This document shows positions 35,877 to 48,960 of a stretch of 64,000 nt of DNA, piece by piece. The stretch comes from Rhizodiscina lignyota (Eukaryota): assembly GCA_010015805.1 (NCBI GenBank), contig ML978121.1:3720001-3784000 (forward strand). The letters run 5' to 3'. The position numbers and the translations under genes were made by a program. The notes beneath the pieces are model-generated. The model did not search any database. It was given only the letters and a program-made list of their open reading frames with translations, and was not told the DNA's origin. Each line of letters starts with the position of its first letter. Within the stretch, counting starts at the first letter, position 1.

Positions 35877-37062
35877 ATGTCTTACTGGAACCCATACAAC
35901 CTCCCTGATGACCTTGGCAAGATGGAGCCATGGAAATGGGACGATAAGTATGACATGACGAGAGGTATGCCATTCTTCTCTTTCAAAAGCTTCATTCCCC
36001 TCAATTGACACCTGCCAGACTTCATCGGCTACGGCGAGCACTCTCACGACCCTCAATGGCCCAACGGCGCCAAGATCGCCGTCTCCTTCGTGATCAACTA
36101 CGAAGAGGGCGCGGAGCACAACGTCCTGAACGGCGACCCGCACTCCGAGACCATGATCAACGAGACCCCCGGTGTCGCACCGAAGCTGCAGGAGCGCGAC
36201 GTGCGCATCGAGAGCGAGTACGAGTACGGCTCGCGCGTCGGCTTCTGGCGCCTGTTCCGCATGTTCAACAAGCACGATATCAAGTTTACCCTATACGCAG
36301 TGGGCCAGGCGCTCGAGTGCAACCCGGCGGCAGGGAAGAGAAGTGCGGAGGAGGGACATGATATTGCGAGCCATGCGTATCGCTGGATTGATTATCACTC
36401 CGTGCCGGTGGAGGAGGAGAAGGCGCTTATACGGAAGGCTGTTGAGACGATCAGGGATATATGCGGAGCTCCGCCGAAGGGCTGGTTCTATGGACGATTG
36501 TCGCCACGTAGCATACCATTACTGTGGGAAGTCTACCAGGAGATGGGGATTCCGCTGGTGTGGATGTCAGATAGCTATGCGGATGAGGTGCCATACTGGA
36601 TTGATATGCCGGCGGAGAAGGACGAACCCAATCCCAAGGGGTTGTTAATGGTGCCGTATAGCTATGATTGCAACGACTTCAAGTTCAACCTGGACACCGG
36701 CTTCAGCGGACCGTCGGATTTCTACGAGCAGATTAAGAATACCTGTAAGCCGAACGGATCTCCTGTATGTACGGAGGGTACTGACGATGCTGGCAGTCGA
36801 TATCTTGTATGAAGAAGGACGTGACGGCTCGCCGAAGATGATGACAGTTGCGCTGCACTGCCGATGCATCGGTAAGCCAGGGCGCTTCGCAGTACTGAAG
36901 AAATTCGTGGAATACATCAAGGGCAAGGAAGACGTCTGGATCGCAACAGTAAGAAATTCCCTTCCAGTGAACCTGAATTGGGCTGACGAGCAGCTACAGA
37001 GAACTCAGATCGCAGAACACTTTGCAGAAAAGTTCCCATATAGAAAGGGCCATCTCGCATAA
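35877..37062 (+). CDS. Polysaccharide deacetylase (CE4) family, PuuE/allantoinase-like, 4 exons
   Basis: Spliced RDFIGYG..WPNGAKIAVSFVINYEEGAE, then YEYGSRVGFWRL, HDIASHAYRW, DSYADEVPYW and PKMMTVALHCR. Confidence 0.9.
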
Positions 37063-38586
37063 AGTATTTTGAAGCAAAAGAAAATCTAAAAGAACGGCCA
37101 AGATCGTCGCGTTCAATTTTGTCTCCAAGCTCGTCATCGCGCCAGTGTGTAATTCACAGTATTCCCAGGTACCCTATGTCAGCCCTCAATCGTGAGAGTC
37201 GTAGCTTTCCCGCTCTGAATCACGACATGCACTACAGCTGCCGAAATTATGAAGTGGCGATAATCTCATTTGTACTGCTTCTGATACGACACTCTTGCCT
37301 GCTACAGCAATCCCAAGTATTGTATCCTACTTCAGCCAGATATGTCCCATCGCTCTGTATCGCCTTCATTGTCGCCGATTGCCTGATACCATTCCTCTTG
37401 ATCGAGATCGCAAGGTCGGCGCTGCTATCTGTGGCCTTTGAGTGGCTCTGCATGAGCGCCGGAACATCTAAGTGCACAACATTTATCACGATTTAGCTTC
37501 ATTGGAGAAGTTCAGTGTTAGCTCAGCTTATTACCTGCCGGATCACTGGGTGACAGTCACTAGGACATTGTGTGCTCAGCTCAAGACTGGAGGGACTTCT
37601 AAGAGCACGCGTGGATTAGAAGACATCGAATATATAAAAGCACTGCGGCTTCCCGATTAAGAAGCACAGCGGTCCGCCCAATAGGACGGTGGGAAGCATT
37701 TCGTTCGGAGATGACCATGTTTCCGGTATGAATATTACGATAGTTCCATCTACTCGAGGATTTCTATGCAAGTAATTTTCCTCCTATGAGAACGTCGCAG
37801 ACCATAGATGAAGAGCCGTGAAGATGTTGATAATCAGATTCTCGCGGGTTCCCACGGGTTTTGTTAAAATTCGTGAAGCTCGAGAACAGCGTCGACTATA
37901 AGGAAGAGAGAAAGCGTCTTTGAGAGACCTTAGCTCAGAACGACCGCCGGGCATTCGGTGACATCGTCGGCCGATGAAATGGGAGGATTCAATGAAGTTC
38001 GGCTTATTTTAGTCGTTGGAGGTAATTACGGAACTTTGAGTCTCGTAAAAGGGCTTCAACGCCACGCTTCAGGACGAAATATCTCGGCCTTGGAAAGGAA
38101 CGCCCACCTCATTTGGAAAATGCCTCATTACACCATGCGATAAGTTTGAGAGAAGCGTTGTCGGCCCGAAGCTTCGCCTTTTATCGTACTTTCTTCCGTG
38201 CCGAACGTCTTGGCTTGGACGTCTGAGGTCTCCCACCCCCTCATCTTCTCTCTAATTAGTCCCCAATTTAATAAACCTAACCGCGGCAGCGGCCGCGGCC
38301 GCCAGACCATCCGCCGCACTTTAATGGAGATGTTTAAACCTGGCTTCATACGTCTAGGAATCCTTCCTTATGAACGGATAAGTAGACGTCTTGGAGCTTC
38401 TCATTCACGTTTGCCTCATTGCCATTGTCGTTGGACTTCATTGGTCTTCGCCGGATGTCATTTATCGACGCCCTGGGTGCCCAAACATTGATCACTCCAC
38501 TGAGACTCTGACGTATCAACTATCTGATATCTCTCTGTCCCTTTCATATATCGAATCTAGTCCTTACTCTATTCAGTCATCTAAAC

Positions 38587-39740
38587 ATGGCGCCCCAGGA
38601 TTATTCACACTTGAGCAAGATCGACCCAGAATTCGCAGAAGTACTCCATCATCTATAACTCTCAAAACGACCTTTGCATTGATACTCCGCACAGATTCTC
38701 AAGGGGATGGCAGGACCACCAAGTCTAGAAGGCGACGTCCCGACCCTCCGCAAAGTCCTCTCAGACCGCAAGAAAGCCCTCACAGCAATGCAACTCAAGG
38801 ATTCTAAAGGCGTCTCACGTAATGACATTACCGTCACGGCCCGCGACGGCCATAAGATTGCGGTTCGCGTTTACCAGCCGGATCCCTCGCCTGGCAGTGC
38901 TCCGCTAGTCATTTTCCTCCACGGCGGTGGTTTCGTGCTCGGCGGCCTGGAAAATGAAGAGCTGCTGTGCACCCTGTTTGCACAGCGACTGAAGGTGGTG
39001 GTCCTTAATGTTGATTATCGGCTCGCGCCTGAGAATCCATTCCCGGCGGCGCCGAATGATGCGTGGGACGTGGTCAAATGGGTAAGGCTTTCAACATACT
39101 CTCATCTCGTGTATTCAGCATTGACATGGTTGCGTAGGCTGCTGGCAATGCGTCGCAAGTCGGAGCAGACCCTTCCAAGGGCTTTGTTGTAGGTGGGGTT
39201 TCTGCTGGTGGGAATCTCGCGGCAGTGTGCGCACATCTTGCGAGAGACGAGAAGCTTTCTCCGCCGATAACAGGGTCGATGCTGCAAATCCCCATGGTGC
39301 TTCAACTGGATAGCATTGAGGAGAAGTACAGGCCAGAAATCAACAGCTACGAACAGAACAAGGACGCTCCGGTTCTTAGCCAGAAGTCAATTGACTTGTT
39401 TGAGGGTAATAAGTGTTACTGCCCCATGAATGAGAGATGCTGACACCGTATGAAAGGATTGTATAAAGCGGATCATAAATCGCATCTTCAAAACCTCTTC
39501 GCGCCACCCACGAATTTTAGCGGTCTTCCCCCGACATACTTCCAGATTTGCGGCATGGACCCGTTGAGAGACGAAGGACTGCTCTATGAGAGGTTACTGC
39601 GAGAAGAGTATGGAACGAAGACGAAATTGGACGTCTATGGCGGACTTCCACACGGTTTCTGGAGTTTTGCACCTGAAATGAGCAAGTCCAAAAAGGCAAT
39701 TGAGGATGCAGTGGAGGGGATTAAATGGCTGTTGGGCTAG
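38587..39740 (+). CDS. Alpha/beta hydrolase, HSL-family esterase/lipase, 4 exons
   Basis: HGGGF oxyanion motif, DYRLAPE.PFPA, GVSAGGN nucleophile, DPLRDEG and PHGF. Confidence 0.92.
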
Positions 39741-39846
39741 GCATGAGTTCTCATTGTTGGCTACGTTGACCTGAAGAGCTACGACTGCGCTCAACAATCT
39801 TACATAGAGTACCGTTTTAGAAACCCTCTCTGTTCACACCATCATT

Positions 39847-41763
39847 TCAAGCGTTTTTGAAGAGCTCTTGGAAGTCCGGTGTAACGACGAACTTTCCCCT
39901 TACGGCGCCCAGACCCAAGGCTTCTCCAGCCTCACCCTGCACCGCGCCAGGCAGCGGTGGTTTCACAATTGCCGCGTCTTCAAAGACGGTCGCCTTCAGT
40001 CCCATGTTCACCTGCAGACTCGTGCCGCCCCAGTCAAGCGTCACTTTCCCCGATTGATGTACTCTCAATTTGCCGACCATGCCGGGTGGCATCTTCACAG
40101 CGCGCTCCTCCTTTTCCTTAGATAGATCTGTCTCATCATCTTCAACCTTAATAACTTCCTTGGCTTTCTCTTTTTCTACTTCTTTCTCCTTGGCCTTCCC
40201 TTTGCCTTTGTCCTTCACATTAGAGACTGGCACAGGCTCGGGGTGCTCGTTCACCATCTTCGTGTTCTCTTGCTCTTGCTCATGCTTCACCTTTTCCGAA
40301 GCGAGGATGAGGTCTGGCAGGATCGGTGGGAACTGGAAGAGGTACACATTATCCGCCTTTTGGTCGCGAGCAGGGCGAGACTCGGTCATGTCAGTATCGC
40401 CATCAGCATCAGAACGGATAGTGATTGTGCCCAGTTCTTCTCGCAGCGTCTCGAGATCGTCCAAATGGCGGTCCCACTCCTCTCTCTCTTGCTCGGTCTG
40501 AAACTCGGTCTTATTGAACAGTAGGTCCGACTTTGTACGTGCTTTTCCCTTGCGCTTCTGCGCCCTCTGCGGGCCTTGTTCGTCTTCTTCCAGTGTGTCG
40601 ACTGCCATGACCTCGTCTTCCATCGGCTCGTCCTTGACTTGTACTTTGGCTTCATCTTCATCATCGTAGACGCCTCTCCATCTGCGTGTCGTTTGAACAA
40701 CCTCAACGTCTCTCGCCCTCGCCTTGCCTTTCTTGGGTCCTTCAACTACGATCGGCTCATCGTCTGTGCCGTCATCCTCGGCCTCATCGGCCGCTCCGGG
40801 AGTCTTCTTTATTGCCTTAATGTTTAGATCTTCCTTTCTCGGCGGCGTCTTTCGTCTTATCCGGACGGGCGCGATGCCATGCTTGCGCGGAACCATGCGA
40901 TCTTCTCCCTCACTCTCAGTCATCGCATCGTCACTGACAAGGTTGATGAGGTCAATATTCCTCTTCGGTCCTTGCGCAGCATCATCTTCATCTGACGAGA
41001 TGAGAATCTCTTCTCTCTTCACCCTAGATCCCGTCATCTCCATATCACCATCTCTATCCATATCCCCCGGACCCTCCCCATCCTCTATCTTAACCGGCCT
41101 GCCCGACTTCGTATATGTATAAGCCGGCCGATGCACCCCCGCCTTCCGATGCTTCGACCAGGTCTTCGGCACCGTATCCAAACTGCCTCCAGAAAACGCG
41201 CCTTGCCCCGGGCCAGAGTATCTGCTGTGGTCACCCATGAACCCGCCACGACCACGACCACGTCCTCCGGCAATTGAGCGCTCGTTGTTCTCTTTAAGCC
41301 TCTTCTCTCGCTCAAGCCTCCTCTTTTCTGCAAGATGCCACTCCTTGTCGCGCTCATACTCTTTGTTTACCTCCGCGCGCGCAGCGGCGGCACGCTCTTC
41401 TTTGGTGCGGCGCGTCGTGAACTTGGGTTGGAGGGCTTTCTTGCCGCGTTGTGACTGTGAGGGACTGCCAGATAATCCGCTGTGAGAGTTGCGCAGGACA
41501 TCCTGGGTTTGACCTGTCTGGCTTGCCGTTGGATTGGCTTCGGAGGCAGATGCTTTGTCTCGAGCAACCTCAGACTGTAAGGGATTCTCTGCGGCTTCGT
41601 GGCCGACTGTTTCCCCTTCATCTTGAGGTCTTCCATCTGTAGATACATCTTCGGCGCCAGCGCTCGCCTGCGCTACGACTTCTTCTGCGGTGGAATCTGG
41701 CTCTCGAGCTTTGCGTGAGTTCGAAGCCTTTGAGGCACCTCCTCGAGTACGTTTAGGAGGCAT
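39847..41763 (-). CDS. RPC4: RNA polymerase III subunit RPC4 (Rpc53)
   Basis: Low-complexity acidic N-terminus and C-terminal YLFQFPPILP...GMVGKLRVHQSGKVTLDWGG...LGAVRGKFVVTPDF. Confidence 0.88.
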   Translation of the reverse strand: MPPKRTRGGASKASNSRKAREPDSTAEEVVAQASAGAEDVSTDGRPQDEGETVGHEAAENPLQSEVARDKASASEANPTASQTGQTQDVLRNSHSGLSGSPSQSQRGKKALQPKFTTRRTKEERAAAARAEVNKEYERDKEWHLAEKRRLEREKRLKENNERSIAGGRGRGRGGFMGDHSRYSGPGQGAFSGGSLDTVPKTWSKHRKAGVHRPAYTYTKSGRPVKIEDGEGPGDMDRDGDMEMTGSRVKREEILISSDEDDAAQGPKRNIDLINLVSDDAMTESEGEDRMVPRKHGIAPVRIRRKTPPRKEDLNIKAIKKTPGAADEAEDDGTDDEPIVVEGPKKGKARARDVEVVQTTRRWRGVYDDEDEAKVQVKDEPMEDEVMAVDTLEEDEQGPQRAQKRKGKARTKSDLLFNKTEFQTEQEREEWDRHLDDLETLREELGTITIRSDADGDTDMTESRPARDQKADNVYLFQFPPILPDLILASEKVKHEQEQENTKMVNEHPEPVPVSNVKDKGKGKAKEKEVEKEKAKEVIKVEDDETDLSKEKEERAVKMPPGMVGKLRVHQSGKVTLDWGGTSLQVNMGLKATVFEDAAIVKPPLPGAVQGEAGEALGLGAVRGKFVVTPDFQELFKNA

Positions 41764-42187
41764 TTAGGGGGGGTTGATTGAGCTGCGACCGTTGTCAAGC
41801 CATCCGCAGAAAGTGTGTCTTCGAGAGAGTTAAGTGGGGTGAGGAGATGGAAAGGCACAGCTCTGGATATGTCTTTGTGAATTTATTTGTGGTGGAGAGC
41901 TCGCATGACGCGAAATGTTTGGTGGCCCCACTGTGCATGACTCGCGTAAATCTTAACCCTACCTGAAACCCGCGTGTACCTCTATCTCTCCTTCCTTTCC
42001 ATACAATGATCAAGCCATCGACAAAATCTACGAATCACATAGATCGACATTGCGCATTGCACATTATACGGCGAGCTGCGGTTTTAACATGATTTATACG
42101 ATATTTCGCACCTTCCTATCAGCCCGCTCATGCTCCTATCCAGGCGTAAGGAATGGTCCCAATGCCTTTCCATCCGGACAGCGAAAC

Positions 42188-42651
42188 TCATGTCCGCACA
42201 AAGCCCTTCTCTGGCCTAACAGTCTTGGTGTAGATAGGCTTCGTTAACAAGTTGTGCTCGGTAACGATCCTCGTGATGTTCAACAACGCTGGGTTTTCCC
42301 TGTGAAATACTACAGCATCATTGTCCTTGAACCTAAGTGAAAAATGAATCATTAGCTCAAGTTGCGCCAATATGAAACTTCTATGGATGGGTTTCTCACC
42401 TCTCGATCATGAAAATCTCTTCTTCTCCTGGTGCCGATGGCTCGACCTCTCTGTGGGCTTGGAATAGTGTGCAATTCGGCTCTAGATCCTTGACTCCTGC
42501 GATCAGATCGTCAAGTAGTGCCCAAACCTGCAGACATGAAAAGAGTAAGTCCATTGCCTATCTCGGAAAGTCTTGATACCCCACAGACCTTGTCAAAATT
42601 GCCCGGCTTCGGGGTGATAATGGCAATGATGATGCTCACGGGCTCGGCCAT
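42188..42651 (-). CDS. Small ABM / dimeric alpha-beta barrel protein (111 aa), 3 exons
   Basis: Introns 42528-42588 and 42333-42399 give MAEPVSIIIAIITPKPGNFDKVWALLDDLIAGVKDLEPNCTLFQAH...FMIERFKDNDAVVFHRENP, an ABM-type pattern. Only the last exon appears in the ORF track. Confidence 0.82.
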
Positions 42652-43462
42652 TTTTCTTTCTCTCTTGAGACCAGATTAGTATTCCACTGATTTGGTTGAG
42701 GGCTACAGTGGATATTCCTGAAGCTCTTGGTCATCATTTTATACCTTTTGTTCTCGTTGAAGCATTCGAGCTGGAATATATTCTCATGGTGATTAATATT
42801 TAGACCGATTCGGAAAACTAACCCGAAAAGGCAACCATGCTTTCAAACTGACGAATGTCGCCACCGTGTCTTTCTGTTCGAATACTTCGCGCTACTTTGC
42901 CCTGCGTTCAGATGAGGAAACAACATACCTCCACAGTGCCTCAAGTTCCATCATTTGCTTCCTTTGTCTGTTCGAACTTCATATGAAACTTCGAGGGCTG
43001 TCATTTCCGCGCTGATTAAACATTTTATCTACAGGAAATCCATTATGACTCTTTTGAATTTACTAATCATAGGGATTGTGCTATGATTATCTACAACTTG
43101 ATGCGGTTTTGATATGGAATCGAGGCTCAATAAGGAACTACATCTCCTGACTTTAGAAGGACGGTGGAGAGAACCGCCACCTTACCCTGCATTGGCGGAG
43201 CCGCCTGCGGATTTGGAGACAAGCTTGTAAGCAGCGGCCAAGAGTTGAATTAGCTAATTAAGCAGCTTGTGACGTACAAGTTCTCGCAGTATTTCCGCTC
43301 TAAGGATGCTCCACATGCCTTGGATGTCTGGACGATCGTGGATATAAAGTTTTCGCCACTGAATCAAGGCCCTGAAGCAGACATAGGACAGTTTGGAAAG
43401 TTCAATTGAACAGGCAAGCCCTCATTACGCTAATTCCTGAAATCCTCTTTCAGTATATTAAG

Positions 43463-44026
43463 ATGTCCACCGAAGAGCGAAACAAGGCCGTCATCAACGA
43501 GTACTTTGATAGGTACTGGGCCAAGGGCGACGTCTCCGTAGTCGATGAGCTCTGTACCGATGACGTTATCCAGCATTATCCCAACCATGGAGCCCGTTAT
43601 GGCAGGGCTGGCATGAAGAAGATGTTGTCTGACTTCCGAGAGGCATGTCGAAATCCCAAAACCATCCATCGTATAAATGTATTTCTGACGAACAATTCAC
43701 AGGCGTTTCCTGACCTGACGTTCCGAGCATACGGCGGCCCCGTGATCGCAGAGGGCGACTACGTCGCGGCGCGCTGGATTGGCGGTGGTACGCATACCGG
43801 AGTCGCGTTCGACGACCTCAACGTTGGAAAGCTGGATAAGCCGAATACGGGCAAGAAGATCTACTTCTCCGGCATGACGTATTTCGCCCTGACAAAGGAT
43901 GGCAAGATTAAAGAGGAGATGGCGGAGGAAGGCGGACTGCAGGTCATGCAGCAGCTGGGATCGGTGCCTGGCCCAAACCCGGGTAAGGAGCCGAAGTATG
44001 ACCAGCAAGGTGATTATATCTATTGA
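43463..44026 (+). CDS. SnoaL-like ester/polyketide cyclase (NTF2-like), 2 exons
   Basis: MSTEERNKAVI..YF..WAKGD..VVDEL, spliced DFREAFPDLTF, IAEGDYVAARW..GGTHTG. In-frame GC-AG intron 43643-43702. Confidence 0.9.
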   Translation: MSTEERNKAVINEYFDRYWAKGDVSVVDELCTDDVIQHYPNHGARYGRAGMKKMLSDFREACRNPKTIHRINVFLTNNSQAFPDLTFRAYGGPVIAEGDYVAARWIGGGTHTGVAFDDLNVGKLDKPNTGKKIYFSGMTYFALTKDGKIKEEMAEEGGLQVMQQLGSVPGPNPGKEPKYDQQGDYIY

Positions 44027-45351
44027 TTAGCTTGATTTATGGAATGAGGCAATGGTGTGGAGAGGCATTGAACGAGCTATTTCGATAATATAATTCAATA
44101 TCGGTTCAAATTCGGAGGCGTACCAGAAAAGCGCTGTACAAAACGTCGAACAGTGAGAGCATTTTGAACGATAAGGACATCCAGCTTCCGCCACAGTTCT
44201 TAGAAGATTCCTAAATAGCCGATTTTGAAGATAAATCCATGAGCTACCGGTCAGTACAGTTGGCTGGCGTTCCAAGCTTGTAGGTTGCAGACCTAATGGA
44301 CCCAACTGGCTACAACTATTGATCTGCCGATTGACCTAGTTGGCAATTGTTCATCCCTGGTTGGCCACGTGATGTGAAGATCTTTCGACCGTATTTTGAC
44401 GATCAAGCTATGCTCTTTGGTCATCGTGGAATCGTTCTCGAACTCCTTTGCGGCATTCCTTAGCAGCACCGCGTTGGATAAATACGATCCGTCCCTAAGC
44501 TTGAGTTGGTCTTAAACAGCATGAAGACGACACGCGAAGTGGACGATCTCAGCTCCTGTCACGAAAAGGCTCCCAGCACGTAGAGCATCGGCTAATAGGA
44601 CTTCCTTGCTCTTTCTTGCTCTTCGGATGAATTCGAACACAGAGAGCTTCGAATCGCAGTTCCGTTTGTCAGTTGTCCTCTTCGATCCGCTTTCAACTTA
44701 CCCATCGAAAGGACCAGACACTCCGATGCGTTCTTCTCTTTGAAATCCACAGTGTCAGAGCTGAGGTCCAAATATAGGTTGTCAAATCCAACGGCATGTT
44801 GCGGACGCAATGCTACATCTCAGCCTTGCCGGCCGAATGCCTTAAAGACGCAACGTCGTTCATTTGGTCACAGGAGCCCGGCTCAGTCAAGTCGGCAGGA
44901 GAAAGGCTTTATTTGAACGTCGACGCAGTTGGAAAGTTGGTGGCTGATCTCGCGAGGCTGCCGACGTGTTGGCGACAAGCGACGCGACGCGCATTCGGTC
45001 GTTCGGCCCCCACGTGGGCACGTTCGGACGTTGCAAAGTCACGCATTTCCCAAGGTAGCTGAAGAATTTCAGAAAGAAAGGTGAGCAGCAGGGAGACGAG
45101 GTGTCTCGACTGGTAGAATGACAAACGCGGGCAGCCAATGATGCTAAGCTTCGCGGAACCGCATCACGAATTCACGCTATTCCCAAGCGGCCGGAAAGAG
45201 GAAAGGGTAAGAGTGCAGGCATCAGAATTTCCCGCTTAGTCAAGCGCCCTCGCTCTCAATTAATCAGGACCGTTGCATTGCTCTCTTCTAGATCGAATGC
45301 AGCGGCTCCGCGATGAGAAGTCGAGCACGACGACATTCCTAAACCGTCAAG

Positions 45352-47429
45352 ATGAAGAACGCGGCAGGTGGTGCGGCGGCGCGTTCTCACAATGGCTGGT
45401 CCGTAGCACCTTCCCCCGTATATAAGCACAGAGACTGACGGACCTCCAGCTTGACGTGCAAATTGAGAAAACTGAAATGCGACGAGAGTCGACCTTCATG
45501 TGGAAGGTGTTCGTTGGCTTCACGGGCGTGCGAGTACTCCGACAGCTCGATTTTCCGTCAGTTTGATATCCAAAAGCCCACGAATCGTGCACGACTGCGC
45601 GAGTCCGACGACACCGACGGCACCTTTGGAGATGACGACGTCTGGGTTGAGGTGCCACGAAAACGTAAGGCCCTCAGAACGGACCATGGCCGTGTCACTC
45701 ATTGTTTCCAGTCACATTCATTCAGGTCATCGACCCATACGAGGAAGAGTACGAAACGAGCCTGGAACTAGCTGGGAGACTCCCGGAGATTCAAGATCGG
45801 CAGCAAGTCAAAGCAAGCCCTCAACTTGCACCGCCTGTGAAGACTACGAGCAATCCGAACTCTTCCATGGATCCTACCGGGCCTCACACCAACAGTTCCT
45901 CTTACACTCCCATCTCTCTCCCATTTGGCTCGGCCGAGGCATCACCCTGGAATGCCGAACCTTACCCCCGACCTGTTCCACCCAGCAAGCCCCCGGACAC
46001 TTCTGAAGTCGAGCTTGTCCAGCTACTACGATACTTCGCAAATGTACCAGGCCAGTGGATGGACCTCTTCGATACGCGAGCATATTATTCTCGCCGGGTT
46101 ACCATTCTTGCAGCGAGGAGCGCTCTTCTAAAGTTCGCCGCTTGTAGCTTAGCAGCGAAGTGTCTGCATCGCATCCGCCGAAATGGTTCGATATCAGTAC
46201 CCGAAAGTGCAGGCGGTGCATCACCTGAGGACTTCCATCGTGGCCATGTCAATGACTGGCAATATAAGAGCGTGGAATATTACGACCACGCCATCGGACT
46301 ACTCAGAGAGGCCACTCAATTAGATCAGCAGCACCTATATGGCACTAGTACTGGAATCAAATCGGACGAGGTGCTCGCTGCAATTGCCTTGCTGGCGATG
46401 TTTGAACTCATGGACTCACCGGGTCCAGAATGGAAGGCACATCTCAGCGCTCTTTTACTCCTTGACACACCATCGACCGCTGTCCTGAGCTCACCATCCA
46501 TGAACGAAATACCGCGAAGCATTACTAATCATTCCATTTTCTGGAATTTTGCCAGGCAGGACTATCTTGCCGCATTTATTGGGGAGACACGAACACGCCT
46601 CGATTCGACAGATGTTCATCTATGGAGACGGTTCGGCTTAAATATCGACGACGAAGGTCTTCTCCTACCCTTCAACAGCGACCATTCAGATAATCTGCAC
46701 GCCGATGAGCCCAGCGACCGCGGGCACATGAACTCCAGTTTCGAGGAAGACGCTGTCTGCAATGCTCTCTTCTGGCTTCTCGGAAAGATTGTCAATTTCC
46801 TTGCCGTAGGTGACGGCCTCCAGCCTGGTGACTTTGAGCTACCGCTGGGATTCCGGAATAGGATCGGCATAGCCCAGGAATCTCTCCTTGAGAATTGGAC
46901 AGCGCTGGCGGTTGAATTAGCCACGTGGTACGAATCACTTCCACCGACATTCATGCCATCTGTGCGAAAGACATCAGATCCACATCCCGAAACTCAGTCC
47001 ATCATGCCAAGTCAAATCTGGCACGCCGTACCAATGTGCGCCTCCGCCATGCAGCACTACCACATGGCGCGCATCATTTTACTCGTAAACAAGCCCATGG
47101 AATCGACTGCCATCCGCTCTAGCGTGACCGCACGACTAAGTTCATACCGCGTCATTCAACAAGAAGTGCTCCGCCACAGCAGAGAGATCTACGCAATCAG
47201 TATGTCCGATCCCGCAGACACAGTGCGCATCCACTCGGTCCAGCCGCTTTTCGTTGCAGGGCAGTGCCTTACGGAGCCTTGGGAGCGTGAAACGGTGCTG
47301 GACTTGTTGGCGGGGATTCAGCGGGAGCTTGGATGGGCGACGGACTATCGCATCAAGACATTGACTGAGCAGTGGAATGCGGAGTACGGTGGCGCGAATC
47401 GATTGTTGTTGCCACCAACGCCTGGATGA
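45352..47429 (+). CDS. Zn(II)2Cys6 transcription factor with fungal TF C-terminal domain, 3 exons
   Basis: Spliced RSHNGCLTCKLRKLKCDESRPSCGRCSLASRACEY (introns 45399-45449 and 45665-45711), then WMDLFD, FWNFARQD, MQHYHMARIILL and QPLFVAGQC. Confidence 0.92.
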
Positions 47430-47913
47430 AACGGTCAAAGGCTTCGGATATCTTGCCACCTTCACAAGAGCGCATTCTTCACGAACGACTCATCGTTCGG
47501 GAGGTATTGGTTTCGGGACGATGAATCCCGAAGACCGTTTCGGAAAGTGAGCCGACCGAGTTCGAGACTCCTCAACATTAATTGCGAATGAACGAAGAAT
47601 AGCAATTTCAAATTATCTAACCGCTGGCGATAATACCTTCGTGGGACCTGCGGGCCGTTATAAGAGCTCTGATTATTGGTGCACCATCCGGTCATTTGAT
47701 TGAGCCTTTCAACCATTGGCCCTCTAAAGAATTGGATCCAAGTAACGGCCCGCACCGATCGTAGGAATAGAAAATATTCCTTTTTTTTCTCCTTCGCCTC
47801 TATTCCATCTCCCACGACGCACGAGAATTCCACGTTCGAGATATCATTATCATCGCCGAGCAAGAGCAAGAGCATCGCGGCTCGCCTACGAGTCTACTAC
47901 CGATATTCCCGAC

Positions 47914-48906
47914 ATGTCTGCGATGGAGTGCACCCCATCCGGCGACGCATCTCAAATCCACCCTCAGAGTCAATGTTCGCTCTTTTCCCGCCTTCCCACC
48001 GAACTACGCATGATTATTTGGGAAAACACTATAGGCAACATGAGTCTTCATCTCACGAGGCGATTCGGCAGCTCGAAACTCACTGCTATTCCCTGCAATC
48101 TACACGAAGTGGTCTGCGGCCTCGATTGTGCGTCCAATGATCCAAGCGAATGCGACTCGTGCAACCCTTTCCTTTTTCCATACCAAAAAATGCGCCTTGT
48201 TGAATACCTTCTGAGAGGGTCGCGTAGAGAAGGTTCGGACCACTGTGAATACAAGCGTTTCATGCAGCGATTTTCGCTTCTGCGAAGCTGCAAAATAATG
48301 TACGCAACATTGCATTCCCTTTCTTACTCTGCTTCATTTATACTGACGTCCGGTGTGATCAGCTATCAAGAAGCGGTTACGATCGCATACAGGACGAATG
48401 TTTTCCGTGTACGCCATAGAGACATATTCGACTGGACTCCCAGATTAGGCACAGGCTTCGTGGATTTCAGATCAAGGCTGAATTTCGAGGTCCCTGTACC
48501 CGACAACTTTGAACAGTTTCAACGAGCTATCTCCTGTGACGAGACACCGCCAGTGCTATGCTTGACAATGTGGCCTCAGCAGGACCGACGAACTCGACCG
48601 AAACTAAGACTACGCGAGTCCCCCGATCCGGCTCTGTCAGAGCTGCAAGTCCACTTACTGTATGACATGCGCTGGAGCTGGGATATCTCCGAGCCTTTGA
48701 CCAGATTCATCTTCAACGCTCTGCGGATTAATCGTTCGATTACCTTGCAACTCACAGATGACAGGGATTATATGTGGGCGGACCCGAACATCCAAAGTGT
48801 ACGCTTTGTCAAAGCTGATAATTCGGAGACAATTCAAGACGGAATATGCATGTCGGTAGAGCGTGTGTCGGTGAAGGATGTTCAACTGAGGGAAAGTATT
48901 TGGTGA
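47914..48906 (+). CDS. Conserved fungal hypothetical protein (DUF7730/F-box-like N-terminus)
   Basis: QSQCSLFSRLPTELRMIIWE and spliced LLRSCKIIYQEA (probable in-frame intron 48300-48362). Confidence 0.65.
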   Translation: MSAMECTPSGDASQIHPQSQCSLFSRLPTELRMIIWENTIGNMSLHLTRRFGSSKLTAIPCNLHEVVCGLDCASNDPSECDSCNPFLFPYQKMRLVEYLLRGSRREGSDHCEYKRFMQRFSLLRSCKIMYATLHSLSYSASFILTSGVISYQEAVTIAYRTNVFRVRHRDIFDWTPRLGTGFVDFRSRLNFEVPVPDNFEQFQRAISCDETPPVLCLTMWPQQDRRTRPKLRLRESPDPALSELQVHLLYDMRWSWDISEPLTRFIFNALRINRSITLQLTDDRDYMWADPNIQSVRFVKADNSETIQDGICMSVERVSVKDVQLRESIW

Positions 48907-48960
48907 AGACAGTAAACTTTGCAAGCCTGAGACCCACAATAAGAATAATTTGCTTTCAAC

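Noticed and set aside
33270..39740. MFS transporter and esterase as members of the PKS cluster (export and release)
   Set aside because: Separated from the cluster by an NLR and 5-11 kb, with no sequence evidence of linkage; synteny data would be needed.
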